Shown here: positions 49,703-62,684 of the stretch, piece by piece
How the letters are laid out: every line of letters starts with the position of its first letter
Numbering within the stretch: position 1 is the first letter of the stretch
DNA from: Balanoglossus misakiensis
Lineage: Eukaryota; Animalia; Hemichordata
Length of the DNA stretch: 64,000 nt
Assembly (NCBI GenBank): GCA_040954595.2
Contig: CM082577.2
Span: forward strand, 12,123,654 to 12,187,653
Reading direction: 5' to 3'
The notes under the pieces: generated by a model
Database searches by the model: none
Told to the model about the DNA's origin: nothing
Seen by the model: the letters and a program-made list of their open reading frames with translations, nothing else
Program-made: the position numbers and the translations under genes

Positions 49703-52700
49703 ATGTCTTTTAAAAGTTTCCTGAAATCTTGTTGGACAGAGCACCCGGACGGTCCCCCTGACTGGTGGAGATACGTGATCGTCATCTGTAATATCATTGT
49801 GACGTTATTCTGCATTGGTTTGAATTATGGAATGTGGATCTTGATTGAGGGACTGAGAGACTTTTTCCGAGAATATCATGCGGTGAGAGACGAGGTGGAT
49901 ACGAAGTGGATTGTTTATATCAATATTTTCATGGTTGGTCTCACAGGTATGTTGTGGTTGCATTCTAGTTTTCTGTCTCTTGCTTGGTGATTGATTGACT
50001 GCTCATGCAATGACCTTACCGGCATCGCCCTCACTGCCGTGAAAAGATGAACTTTTGGCTTCATTTCAGTATTTTGTTCTGTGTACTAAAATTGGCAAAT
50101 GCGATTTCTTGTTCTACTCCAAACGGCATGCCTATTAAACCAAGTACTCCACTTGTCAACATAGCCTGTATGTGTGTAACTGCCATTGTTATTGTTGACA
50201 AATGAATTCTAGTCCGGACTAGAATACAAATTTTGCACATTAACAATCAGCTCACTATATACTTATAATATATACCGCTAGGTTGTGTTTTAATAAGTTG
50301 GATACTGGGTATTTCATCATGTTTCAGGGATCTGAACAAGAAACTGCAGTATATACACACACAAAAACGTACTGAAAACATAGCCAGAAATTGCAGCTAA
50401 TGGAGCTTTAATTACCACAGCTTGTGTTTTATTGTGGATTGTGTGACACCATGAAATTATATAAGACATTCCAAACGCAATCAGTTCACTGAAGATCACA
50501 CATGAAAAATTAATCACTTTGTTGATAAAATCTCACCTTCAAATTGGTGATGTACAATAGAAATGATGAAATAAAATGACCCTGGAATTCTGCCGACTTG
50601 GCATGAGACATTTTCCTCCAATAAATTAAACACTCATCACTGTTTACATGTAACACAATTCAAGGCTCCTCAACGGAGAATTCAGTTCTGTTCATTTCAA
50701 TCACTCTTTATTCATCCCAAAAAGGGGAAGTAAATTGGCGGACAAAAATGGACACAAGAAGTCAATTTATAACAACCAAACCTGTACAAAATGAACAGGA
50801 CTTAAAAAGTCAAGTCATGTTGCATACATGTGAAACCATTCAAAAGTAGAATTCAACAGCCGCTCGGTGGATGAGATAAAAGAGTTCCTTTGACGGTTTG
50901 TCTTTTAAACCGGACAGCTTACATGTAGTTGCTGCCCATTCTCAGAAGGAAGAAATTACATTTTGATTAAGCTTCCATGCCATATTATGTAATATGGCGG
51001 GGAGGTTATTTTAAAACGTGATCAGAATTTAAAATCAAATGAAATCCTTGAACACTGTTTACAATATGATAAAGTACTCATATGTAGTGTGCATACAAGT
51101 ATGATGCTTGAACTTACCAATTATAAGTTCTACTATTTAAATTATCAAATATTGTATGTTTTTTGTCTTCATACAATGTAATACCGGTACAGTAAAACCT
51201 GTCTAAACAGAATACCAAAGAGACTGAAGACATTGTTCGGTTCGCAGAGGTGTTCGGTTTATAGAGGTTCTTTAACTTGTGGTTCTCTGCAAAAGGGACT
51301 GGAAAAGGGTGTTCAGATTAGACAGGGTTCACTTAAGACAGGTTTTACTGGAATAACTGAGTGAAATTAAATATGACAGCATAATTATTATTACGAAAGT
51401 CTACTGGAATAATGATAATGCATGTGTAATAACTGTGATATCGTTTTTCAGGTCCAGTGGCCAGCTTCTTCTCAAACAAGTATGGTCATCGCATCACGGC
51501 CTTCTCTGGTGCAGCGCTGTCAACCTTTGGTCTCTTTGTGTCGGGTTTTACCAAAAGTGTGGGATTTTTGTGTTTCAGCTACGGTATTCTGACAGGTGAG
51601 TGTTTTATGTACAGCACACAAAACAAAGAAAACCCAGAACTCAAAAGAATATTGTATTTGTCCAAATTTTTTGTCTGTACAAACATGTGTGCCATCTTCA
51701 GCATCTTGCTTGAGTTGCCATGACAGCAGCACATAAGTTGACCTCCATGACATAGAATTCACTCTCTCTACTGCAGCACACCATCTGCAATTGAAAGTGA
51801 AAAAATAGCCATGAAATGAGTTTGACAGGTGTAAAATTATATATAGACTGACCAAGGACGCATAAACCCATAAAATGTTTGACATTCAGAATGTATTTTC
51901 ACAATATTGGAAATACATGTATGTGAAAAAAAGACTTCCCCATGTATTCATGTACTGAATTAAATCTACTAGCCATCTGTATCTGACAGCCTACATGTGC
52001 CGGTATATCACAGCATTAAATTTACTAATAATGAGAATACTGCTTATAATTTTGTTGTAGTAATGCCGTCATTTGTGGTAGTAGTTGTACATGTGTACAG
52101 TAAATTGTATTTGGCTGTGTCTCTGCCTGGGGATGGAGATTTAAAATGATTTCCTCATTCATATGCACCGTATAAATAGACTTTAGTTTTGTCCCTTCTG
52201 TTCACCCAATTTGCTAAATCTTTTCCCAATCTCCAACACAGACTATGTTGGCCATTGTTAGGACAGCAAAATGGCCTTGACTGTATACTTGACTTGAAAA
52301 TAAAAACCTGATGAAAAATCAGTATTGAATGTTCTTTGACAGATCTCTATCCTAGTCGCCTTCTCTGACTAAGGTTGCACTTGCAGTACGCATTTGCACG
52401 ATCAATCTTGTGTTGAAATGGCTTCATTAAATTTTAGTGAATTTGTTTTTATTTAACAGGGATTGGATATGGACTCATGCTTATCCCGAGTCTTGGACTT
52501 GTACCGCGATACTTTGAAAGGAGATACACTGTAACCAACGCCATCTGTTTTCTGGGAATCAGTCTGGGCATATTCTTCTTTCCGCCTCTCTTCCGAGTCG
52601 TCAACGAGAGATACGGTCGCCGATCCGTCTTCTTCATCCTGGCGTGCATGAACGCCCAGTTGTTGGTTGCCACGGTGTTGCTACGCAACAAGAACCAAGG

Positions 52701-54706
52701 CAACCGGCCGTCGCCGTCAACCCCGTTAAGTACGCACGCGCCGGCTGGAACCAGCAGAGGTGATGAAGACGAGAGCCGACTGAGCAAACTGATGAGGGAC
52801 TTGGATTTTGCGCTCTTCAAGGAGAGCCCACCGTTTTGCATGATAGCTGGCAGCATGTTCTTGATCGGAATCGGACACAACATTGCCATTCTGCACCTGG
52901 TGTCGCACGCTAAAGCGATGGGCTATTCAGGCGCCGAGGCCGAGTGGTTGCTGAGAGCTTGCGGCATTTGCATCATTGCGGGAGAGGTGGCGCACGGACT
53001 GCTGTCGATAGGTCTGCATTTCAAAGCCCGAGTGACAATGTACGGTTCGTCTCTGCTGGTAGTGGCTCTGGTCGCCTTGTTCAGTTCTCTGCCGGAGAGC
53101 TTCGCCGGACATCTTGCCTTGGCCTCGCTGATTGGATTTCTGGCGGGCGTATACTTACCGTTAATGATTGTCCTCATCAAGCATTTCATAAATGACGGAC
53201 AGAGACTAACAGCAGCTCTTGGACTGGCGTTCCCGTTCTTTGGATTAGGGGCATTGATTGGACTTCCCGTTGGAGGTAATGTCATCTTTCAATGTGATAC
53301 ATGTACATACCGTTTAATGCTGTACGGTCAGTAAAATTGAAACTCACCACTGGGTTGAGGTTAAGTCCAGGTTTGCTAGTGCTTAATGTATGCAATTTGC
53401 ATAATGTGAAGACATCAAAATATCATGTTACACCTGTCTCTGGGGGTGTATAATAAGCCTAAAATAAAAGTTGCAGCATACTGCATAGCTGTTATTCATA
53501 GCCATGTACCATACATGTAGATATATTGAGTGATGTACAATACAATGTAGCTGTAAGAACATGGCTGGTACAGGGTGGAAAAAAAATCAGTGTGACAAGG
53601 CTAAAATTATTACAATTGCTACATTATGAGCAGTTATCATAATATGCAACGCTGAGTCACTAGGTTCTAATTTCTGGCTGTAAAATCGTTTATCTGCGCA
53701 TTTCCTCAAAATTTACTGTTTTATAGTTTTACTGCCCAACTCGTCAAAATAAGGCCACATCACTCGAATACAATGCGATATCGGTCAGACTTTGTGAAAT
53801 AACCCCTTTATCCCACACTCCAGTTAGCACTAAAAGTAAAATGTTAAAAAGGTGCCCAGTTTAAAACTTTCACCACCATGGTTTGGTCCTAATCCATTTT
53901 TGTGTGTGGTGAAGTTGTATCCACATGTATACAGAGGCCCAGAACGCAATGTGGGTGAAGGGGTATGTGCTGGATAGTTGGAATCAGAGTGTGTACTTTG
54001 GCTTAAAGGTATACAGTCACCTCCAATTTACATACACCCATATATGGCTGAAATGGCGTATTTGAGCGTTCTAAAGAACATATGGTGGCGCTCTTTTTTT
54101 CGCGTGTGCCACCCACTGAAAATCTGTTATTGGCCAATCTCAATTTGCCATGGTAACTATAGCTAATTTTCCATAGGTGACCGTATACCTTTAACAAGAA
54201 CTGTTGACACATCCTTGTAAATTAAGGCATATGCAAGGCCTCCTGTTTTCACCATGCATCTAGAGTGCTTCAGGAAATTTATGTCTAACTATGCTGTGTT
54301 GAGTGTAGCCAGGACTGAGGTTTCTGACATCAAAGCTGAAGTTTGTAGATAAAAAATCTGCCTTGATTATCCGATTGAATGTCATCTGATCTCATTGTCA
54401 TTTTCAGATGCCTTGAATGAAGGCTTTAACAATTACAACAGCTCCTACTTCTTGGCCGGGGCACTCCTCCTCTTCGCCGCGCTTCTTGTGGTCTTGACGC
54501 CGCATCTCAGAAAGAAACAGAGGGAGAGATTGCACATCACAGAAATTGCCATGGAAGCCCAAGATGAGGTGGATTCTGCTCCATTACCAGGTGGCAAATT
54601 AAGCCAGGAGGACGTCGAGGAGCCGACACCCGAGGATGTCGACCAATCAGAACCAAGCGAGCAACCACCATCAAACGGCCAATCAAAATCTGACGAACAA
54701 CTGTAA
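49703..54706 (+). CDS. SLC16 / monocarboxylate transporter-family MFS protein, 4 coding exons, ~500 aa
   Basis: Exons 49703-49946, 51452-51595, 52460-53275 and 54408-54706 (1503 nt, all phase-1 introns). Motifs: HPDG..DWW, GPVASFFSNKYGHR, YGILTGIGYGL, YFERR, YGRR, GLPVGDAL...Y..SYFLAG. Orthology to a specific SLC16A member is unresolved. Confidence 0.88.
50685..50950 (-). mobile_element. Short LINE 3' end fragment (Rex/Babar- or L2-like)
   Basis: The minus strand reads approximately KTNRQRNSF..S.ERLLN, then gaataaaagagtgattgaaatgaacagaactgaa (polyA signal plus short tandem tail). Confidence 0.5.
51190..51350. mobile_element. Tc1/pogo-like MITE
   Basis: ta|CAGTAAAACCTGTCT ... AGACAGGTTTTACTG perfect 15-bp TIR. 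Confidence 0.7.
54007..54190. mobile_element. Kolobok/T2-type MITE with TTAA TSD
   Basis: TTAA|AGGTATACAGTCACCT ... AGGTGACCGTATACCT|TTAA. Confidence 0.85.
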
Positions 54707-54751
54707 AGCAGATCGTTGCAGGGACAAGCCAGAACATTTCTGATTGGGCCA

Positions 54752-54865
54752 CAGTGTTCTCCGCTGTAATTTCTGGCAGAGTGGCAGCTAATTTACATTC
54801 TAAGATAATTGTTATGTTAATGAGTTTCTATTGTTTTCCTAAAATTGCTCTGGAGAGAACACTGC
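54752..54865. mobile_element. Small hAT-like MITE in the SLC16 3' UTR
   Basis: CAGTGTTCTC ... GAGAACACTG terminal inverted repeat. Confidence 0.5.
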
Positions 54866-57800
54866 ATTATCATGAGATGGCACTGTATGGTGAAACATCA
54901 TGATAACAAACATTTTGCATCATAGTCTGCATGCATTTGTTCAAATGAACTTTTTACTGTGAACATTATTTGCTGGTGGCTATTATTAACATTTTTGTAT
55001 ACAAGAATTTATTCTTAAGTTCCTCTTACCGCTTTAACCAGAGAACTGTACCAGTCCTGTTTTGTCTGTGGGACTGAGTGACATGTACATGTACCGGTAC
55101 ATGTATGCTAGGCATATGGTGGCAGCATTGTATGTGTAAACCAATCAATCCCTCCGAAAGAATTTTTTTCCCATATTTTCTTTTTTTTTATAATCCAAAA
55201 TTTATTATTGTTTGCAAATGATTTAATAACACTTGAAGAATAGAAGTATAATCACAAAATCCAAAGAAAAAGAGCTTTATGAAATGAAACTGAAATGCAA
55301 TCTCTATATTATGAACTAGATACTTGCCATTTATGTATTGTACTATTATATACAAAAAGTTCTGCATCCTCATATGTTTTTCATAAAATACACAAATAAT
55401 AATTATCCCAAACTTTCTTATAATACCATTGAGTTATCAGGTCCAAATAATTCTTGATAGTTTTCATCAAATTTTAATTCAAATTCACATTTCCTAAAAT
55501 AGTAGTTACACTGAAAACTGAACAGTTCGATGACATGTGAAGAATATGCTGTCCACAATACTTGCCACAATATACCAAGTGATTATGTCACTCTTTCCGG
55601 TGTACACCTCACAAGACTATAAACTGGCCTTGAAAATTGATATTGTGCCCTGTGTCTACAGAATGATGTTAGCTACCCACTTCCCCTACTATTTTCACTA
55701 CAGCAAGAATATATACATGTAGTGATAAAGGGGGGGAAATGTTTAAACATAAAATTATATATTTATTACTATTGCTATTTCAAAATTGGGATTGTTATAT
55801 TTTTCTATAAAGTTTTCATTTCGACACTTGTGTATTTGAAGAGTTTTACACAGTTCATATTATTTATTTTTCAATCTCAATTTTTTCAAAAAATTATTTT
55901 GGAAGATATTGTTAATCAATATTGATTCATAACAAGTAGTGGCCAATTGTTGTTGAAAGACTTTAATAATACTGAACATTTTTTGCATGACATTCTTTTA
56001 GCATACCTAACATGACTTTTGCACCTGAAACAAATTTAATACTGCCAATAAATAAACCTTGATGCATTTTTGAATGTTTCTCAAAATGGAACCCTTTCAC
56101 CGCCATGGTTCAGTCCAAACCCATTGTTGTTTATAGTAAGGTTGGACCTCTAAAGAAGGGAATGGGGGTGATATGGTTAAATGCTTTATGCAGCTTGTTC
56201 TTATAGACTGATTGCCTTTGACACAATTTAGTGAATTCAGCCACCCCTGGCTTTTTTGTCTGATTGTGTTCTGACTGATCTTCGATAGTCTGCATTTTAA
56301 AGCTCCACTGCTATCTCTAACATTTAGCTATTTGTTCAATATTCCTGTTCTGTGTATAAAACAATTACAATGGTCGATAAATACATGAACTCTTGACAAC
56401 TTGAAACATGGCAAGTTTGGGTGATGTAGGGAGGAGATAAGAAAAAAATGTACTGTAGTTGGTGCATAATACAAATCAATACTGAAAAAAAAGCTTAAGT
56501 TACAGATAGTGGCAGTTTATTTAATATGCAATAATTGTAGATTTCCAGAAGTTCTAATGTTCTCAAAAGTAATCATTCTATCATCAAAGAGGCTGTTAAC
56601 TATCATTGTGGACATTTTGTCAGAATTTATATTTATTATGTTATTTATATACAACACTTCCATATGCATGTTGGTGGAGGTCATATTCTATTTTGGTGGT
56701 ATGATCATTATCAGAATGTGATCACAGTGTTATACCGGAAAAGCTAATACCAAAACATAACAAAAAGCATTAACACATATTTAATCTAGATTTTCAAAAA
56801 GGATAATGGCAAATTTAGGAACAAATGCAATATCAATGAACTGAAATATAATTTGAAATGACATTTCACCCAGAAAGACCAAGACGGAAAATTCTCAAGT
56901 TGGTTTCAAATATGTGCGAGTGAGCGTGCTCTCTTGTGTAACCTTCACAAGTTGGGAAAGTTTTACCCATGATTCATTGCATTCTCTTCTACAATGCCCC
57001 ACCCTCCAGCTCCACAACAGAAGTTATTTGCAGTAGCTAGCAGAATTTGGAAACTAATAAATGTAATTTTGTGAACAGTGATTTTCATCAGTTTCTGTTG
57101 ATTGGGTGAACAGATTTTAGACTTTAATATTGACAGATGAGCATTTGTCCAATGTTAATGTTATAGTAGACTGTGTCATGAATGCATGCCTTATTCTTAC
57201 CTGCCGTTATTGATGGTATAGAAAATTTGTGTCCTTTTTGTGGCAACAATATCACTCGTTCTCAGATTGTAAAAATCATGAACTGTATATCTCGATTTTA
57301 AGTGTACAAAGAAACTTTTTGCCCCAAATGGCAATTGTTGTGGTTGCTGCTCTGATAGCGTGCAAGATAACTCGTTTGTAATCATTAAAATGCAAAAATA
57401 ATATTTATAAATAAATTAATAGTAATTTCTTCAATTCACACAGACTGTGGTGTGTACAATATGTACGGTAGAAAAGGGAGTTCTTGTTTGAATGGTTGTC
57501 GCATGTTTCAGTACAGTACAATTAGGTTCTGGAAACTGGTTACCATTCTGGAGTGTTTATGTTGTTTGGAAAAACAGCCAGTACATTCAACCAGATGCGA
57601 TTAACACTTTGTACTTCATGAAAGAAATAAAATCACATCTAATTTGCATATGTCCAAAAATAGTCTGGTCAAAAGTGTGTCTAAGCCTTTGAATGACCTT
57701 GATGCAAGTTACTTGTATCCAGATAATGTAAATTTGTATAATTGTGTAATAAAGTGTTCCTGATTAACTTGACTAGTCTGTGTTGTTTTTAGTCCAAAAT

Positions 57801-57890
57801 TTGGCCAACAATAAAAAACAATTAGCATCAAGGGTCACTGTAGTCCCATTTGGAGATTGCTCAGAAAAAAAGGTTTACACCTGAAGTCAT

Positions 57891-57960
57891 GTGCATGCAT
57901 GCATGCATGCACATGCATACATACATACATACATACATACATACACACGCACACACACAG
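57891..57960 (+). repeat. Compound microsatellite (ATGC)n(ATAC)n(AC)n
   Basis: Directly visible in the sequence. Confidence 0.9.
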
Positions 57961-59245
57961 ACGGACAGATGCATCACAAAATTAGCCTTTAAAATAGAGG
58001 TCAATTTATTGTTTTCAAATACAATTTGTCAGCACCCTGAGTAACAGTTGTCTGTCAATTCATTTTGAAACACACACCAACTATAAAGCTATAAACACAG
58101 CTTACATCTCATTTGGCAACTTGGAAAGTTTTGACTGATGACAATGTTTTTTTTTCCTTCAAAACTTTTGTTCTGTGTATCAACTACTGTAGCTGGTACA
58201 GTTTGTGTAACATTCTTCTCCAAAGGGGATATTGAAATACTGCATATTGCATATCAACTGCCAACTACCAGCCAAATCTAACTGGTATTTTTAATTGGTA
58301 ACATGTGAGTAGATTTCTCACACAGGTTGAGGATATCTTGTCTCACACTCGCCAGCAGCTCGTAAGACGTCATCTAATCCCAGGTCCTTGAATGTGTGAG
58401 ATTATAAAACTAGTACATGTAGTTCTGTTAAAAACGTGTTCGAAATCTCTCTCATTATATTTGATACTAATAAACAGTACAATCACACTTCACATATACC
58501 AATACCATCAGTGTTTTTCTTCTTCTCAGAAACCAGTTTCAGAAGAGAACAATGAAAACTAATCATGTCATCATTTAGGTACATATGCAAATATAAACAA
58601 CGTGGAACTAATTTCTGTTTGTAAACATTTCACAGGTTCTGTTACTAGTTATTTCCCAGGACCTGTTGCAGGCACATGTCCCAATAGACTACAACATTTA
58701 GCAGTCGTTTTCTGTGTTCACACACACCCTGTTTTTTTTATGAAGTTGAATACCTGCTGTTTTGACAAGCTAGCTGATACCCTGAACAAAGAAATGTAGA
58801 AATAATAACATCCATTTTGTAGGTTATTTCAGTGTGAGTGACCGTGGTTATTTTAACAATCGGCCCAGTCATACAAATACCTTTACTCTCTGCAAAATGA
58901 CATGACATGTTAGTATTTCAGAAGTTCGACACTTGTCTATATTCTAGTGTACTTATAACAGCACCTTACAGGTGGCCCTAAAGGCAATACCAGAGAAAAA
59001 GTTTACATTTTCAAACCTAAATAAAAGCAATCTGGGTTTAAAAATCAGTTAAGATATTGTCCATTTCATGGAGGACACACGCACAAATGAGTAGAAATAA
59101 AATTCCAAGAAAACGAACAGCGAAGACTTTGTCTCTACAGAGAAACTCCAAAACGAACTTGAGCATTATTAAGACTTTTCTCTCAATGAAATCAAATCCA
59201 TTGCACAAACAGGGGGGAAAGAAATTACCCTAGAATGACAAGACA

Positions 59246-62200
59246 TCATCTGTGCCTCGCCCTAAATTTATTACAGCACTGTTCGTAAACTAAAAACGTC
59301 AATCCCACGGAAATAGCCCCTTTGACCACACTCGCAGAAAGCCCCTTAAAAAGTCCACGGATGCCTTCCTCTTGCACGATTCGCACGAAGCAGTCGGACA
59401 ACCCGTTGTACATGCGAACTTTGCCGAACTGTGCCCGTGCTTTCTCGAAACCTTGCACCTGTAATCGTTTCTTCACAACATCCAAAGGCAAGATGATGGC
59501 TTTGCTGCAGATTCCAGACGCAGCTCCACACGAGAGGCTTTCCATTGGGCCTGATGAAAAAAACACACAAAAGCTTAGCTTTGGAGATCTCAGAGCTGTT
59601 CTTCATTTTACACTACAGTATTGATTAAATTCTCACAAATCTCTTTGATTTTTATCATACACCTTTATATACTCATATCACTCATTTACCGGCACTTGCA
59701 TTTTGAACTTTCTATGGAAAACAATTATTTACTACATATACCAGGTATTTATCAAACAAATTGTTTTCTGAATTTTTCATAAATTTTTTAACCCACCGTG
59801 TTAAGTAAAAAGAAAGTGAGATCGTTTTATGTGTATGTGCCAAAACTGAGACTCTGGTTACAGAAATTGTATACAGTCAATGCCTTAAGGCAGTGTGCTG
59901 TCCGAACAACAGACAAGATGGTGGTGACCACAGTCTGTGTCGGAGATTGGAAAAAGAAGGGACACAAGTAAATTCTGTAATAGTACTTATACAGAGCGTA
60001 TGAAATATGGAAGGAAGTGAAGGCAGTCCACTATTTGAAAAGTCAAACGCAAAATTTGCAGAACATTTTGATTGGATGTAATGTTTGTACACCCGAAATT
60101 ATGCACATGCAGTGCCATGCACATAAGACGATCGTCGGCCTTTAAAAAGGCAACAAGACAGACAACAGTGTAGGGTGCCATTGACTGCACACAAGATGGT
60201 CTTTTTCAATAAATTGTGCTAGTACACCAACGAACAACACACTTCACAGAATTCTTACCTGCTTCAACATCTGGCTCTGTTATGCCCAAACCTTTCTCCC
60301 ACAACATCTTGAAGAATGCGTAGAAACCAAACTGAAGTCCGGCATGGGGGAATATCTCCAGTAGAGTGGGCACCATTCCTTTGTAGAAACTGCCATAACC
60401 TTCTCTGTAATGCATCTTCTTGACAGCGTCTGTTATACTTACATACAGCTGCATGAAACGAGAAAAGTGGGGAGAACACTGACCTCAGTCTTTGATATTT
60501 TGTGCAAAACAATTATTTTAAATAAATCCTCAAAACGTGTGAAAATAACCATACTTAATTAACCATCAATAAAAATGATCATGTCTACGGGAAAAACAGG
60601 GCTTTTTTGGATGGGGGGGGGGGGGGGAGGAGGAGGCAGAACAATCTGTAAAATTATTTTTGACTGACCAATGAAATTCTACACTAATTCAAAGTTATTG
60701 TAAGAAGTTGCCAACACTATAGCCTTCCTCCAAGTCTTAAATAAAATTTCAAAGTGTGGCTTTAATTTAGCAGTGATTTGGTGCATGTACCACAGATCCT
60801 TAACCCTTTCACCCCCATTTCCCTCTATAGACGTCCGACCTTACCATAGAAAACAATGGGTTTGGACTGATCCATGGCGGTGAAAGGGTTAAACATCATC
60901 CGCATATATCTTTCAGTTTCACCAAAGTGAGATACTGACAGTTTCTCTATACATTACCTTGGGTTCACCTTGTGCCACTAATCTTGTTCGGACAACATCA
61001 AATGGCTGGGCAGCGACACTCGCAATACAACCAGCGATTCCTCCACAAATGAAATGATATGGGGGCTTCAACTGTCCATGGGTCAAGTTGTATGGTAACA
61101 CAGTGTTTCCCGCCTTGGTGGTCCATTCAAATGCCAAAAACTGTTTTAAAAAACAAACAAACCTTAATTTTACTACATTTGTCACTAAGTGATATATTTT
61201 TCTCAAAATTGATATAGTGAGTGACCATTGTGAACATGTAGCGGTTTACAGAACCAGGTCAAAATCTGGGTGATTTCTCAGATTGATTCAGGTTTAACCC
61301 TAACACTGCCAAGTCAGTTGAAACTGGTTTGATTTCCAGGGTTCCTAGAATCCTGGCTCCCAGGCCTGTTAGGCTGCCAAGTGTGTGTTATTCAGTGGGG
61401 CCTATAACAAGACCCCAGACCAATACAGTGCAAACCTGCGCGATTTGGTACATTTTACAGGGGGCTCAGACTGCCAAGTGTGTCTACCGTAAGTACGAAT
61501 GAGAGCCACGTCAAGACAGTCAAAATACGTTTTAGAAGAAAATGTGGCAAATACGTATTTTAAGGGACTTGACACTCTAAACAGGTATGACACCCAGTAG
61601 CACTAGGGTTAAGGATATTTTGTGATGTTTATTTTTGAGTATTTGTTTATGTCACGTGACATCTTGAAAATACAGTGGACCCAACGTCTTACCTGAAAAC
61701 TGCCAAAGACTATGCAGAGTAGTTGAGCAGGAATGTGACCTTTCCAGAATGCTGTAATTCCTTCTTCTCTGAAGATCACGCTGGAGGCCTGAAGCAGTCC
61801 ACGATACTTTGCTCTGTGACTTTTGGTTGGTTCCACTTGAAGCTGTCAAAGAAAAAAAATACAATTTAATGCACTACTGCTCAGATCTTAAAGTGACAAA
61901 GTCTCTCTTTTTGATGTAAAAATCCATTAAGTAAGTCATATAGTGACCACACATGGCTTGAAGAATATCGCGAACTACAGTATTACATGTACCCTTTACG
62001 CTAAGCTAAGATTGACCTTATTCACAAACTGCCATTTTACACATTGTTTTATCGCATATATCGCATGTGAAGGCTCAACTAGGCCAACGTATCACACAAC
62101 AAGACTTGGTCTAATTCAAAATGAACAAAAAACATAACTGTCGTCTGTTTGAGAGTGGCTGCACTACATTGCCATATTCATTTACACAAAACTTATTATT

Positions 62201-62425
62201 GTAGGTCGCGTCTGAGTCTCACTTCAATTCAAACAGGTTAACCCTTTAATCCAATTTCAGCCAAATAAGACAATTGTCCATAGTATAATACATCACCTGG
62301 AATCGAATCTTGAGGACGTCCAATGGCTGAGCAAAAACTCTCATCACAGAACCACTAACAGCTCCCGCAATAGCATACTCGGCCGCTGTCAATTCCACTT
62401 CTTTCCGTTTGTCAAAGCCAACCAT
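59246..62425 (-). CDS. SLC25A19: Mitochondrial thiamine pyrophosphate carrier, 5 coding exons, ~318 aa
   Basis: Exons 62297-62425, 61693-61842, 60958-61140, 60259-60448 and 59246-59550 (957 nt). MVGFD start; three carrier signatures [32 protein letters not shown] and [16 protein letters not shown]; TPC-specific [11 protein letters not shown]. Confidence 0.95.
60804..60888. mobile_element. 85-bp piggyBac-like MITE
   Basis: TTAA|CCCTTTCACC ... GGTGAAAGGG|TTAA. Other copies at ~16395-16485 and ~56090-56180, partial at ~53865-53900. Confidence 0.8.
61298..61608. mobile_element. piggyBac-like MITE
   Basis: TTAA|CCCTAACACTG ... CAGTAGCACTAGGG|TTAA with internal ctgccaagt repeats. Confidence 0.55.
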
Positions 62426-62502
62426 TCTGACCCTAGTTTGGGACAATAAAAAATAATATCTTTATTTTCAATATATCTTGACTGTGTATAGTTTTACTGG
62501 TA

Positions 62503-62684
62503 CCGTTAAAGTCATTTTATAAGTCGCAGCGGTATTATAAGTCGCACCCCTTCTTTGAAAGACTTGTTTGGGAGGAGATTTTAAGGAAATGAATACAACA
62601 GAACATTGGTATTATAAGTCGCACCCCCTTTTCGGCACACACTGTCACTCAAAAAAGGTGCGTCTTATAAAATGACTTTAACGG
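62503..62684. mobile_element. TA-flanked Tc1/pogo-type MITE
   Basis: ta|CCGTTAAAGTCATTTTATAAG ... CTTATAAAATGACTTTAACGG|ta perfect 21-bp TIR, with internal tataagtcgca repeats. Confidence 0.85.
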
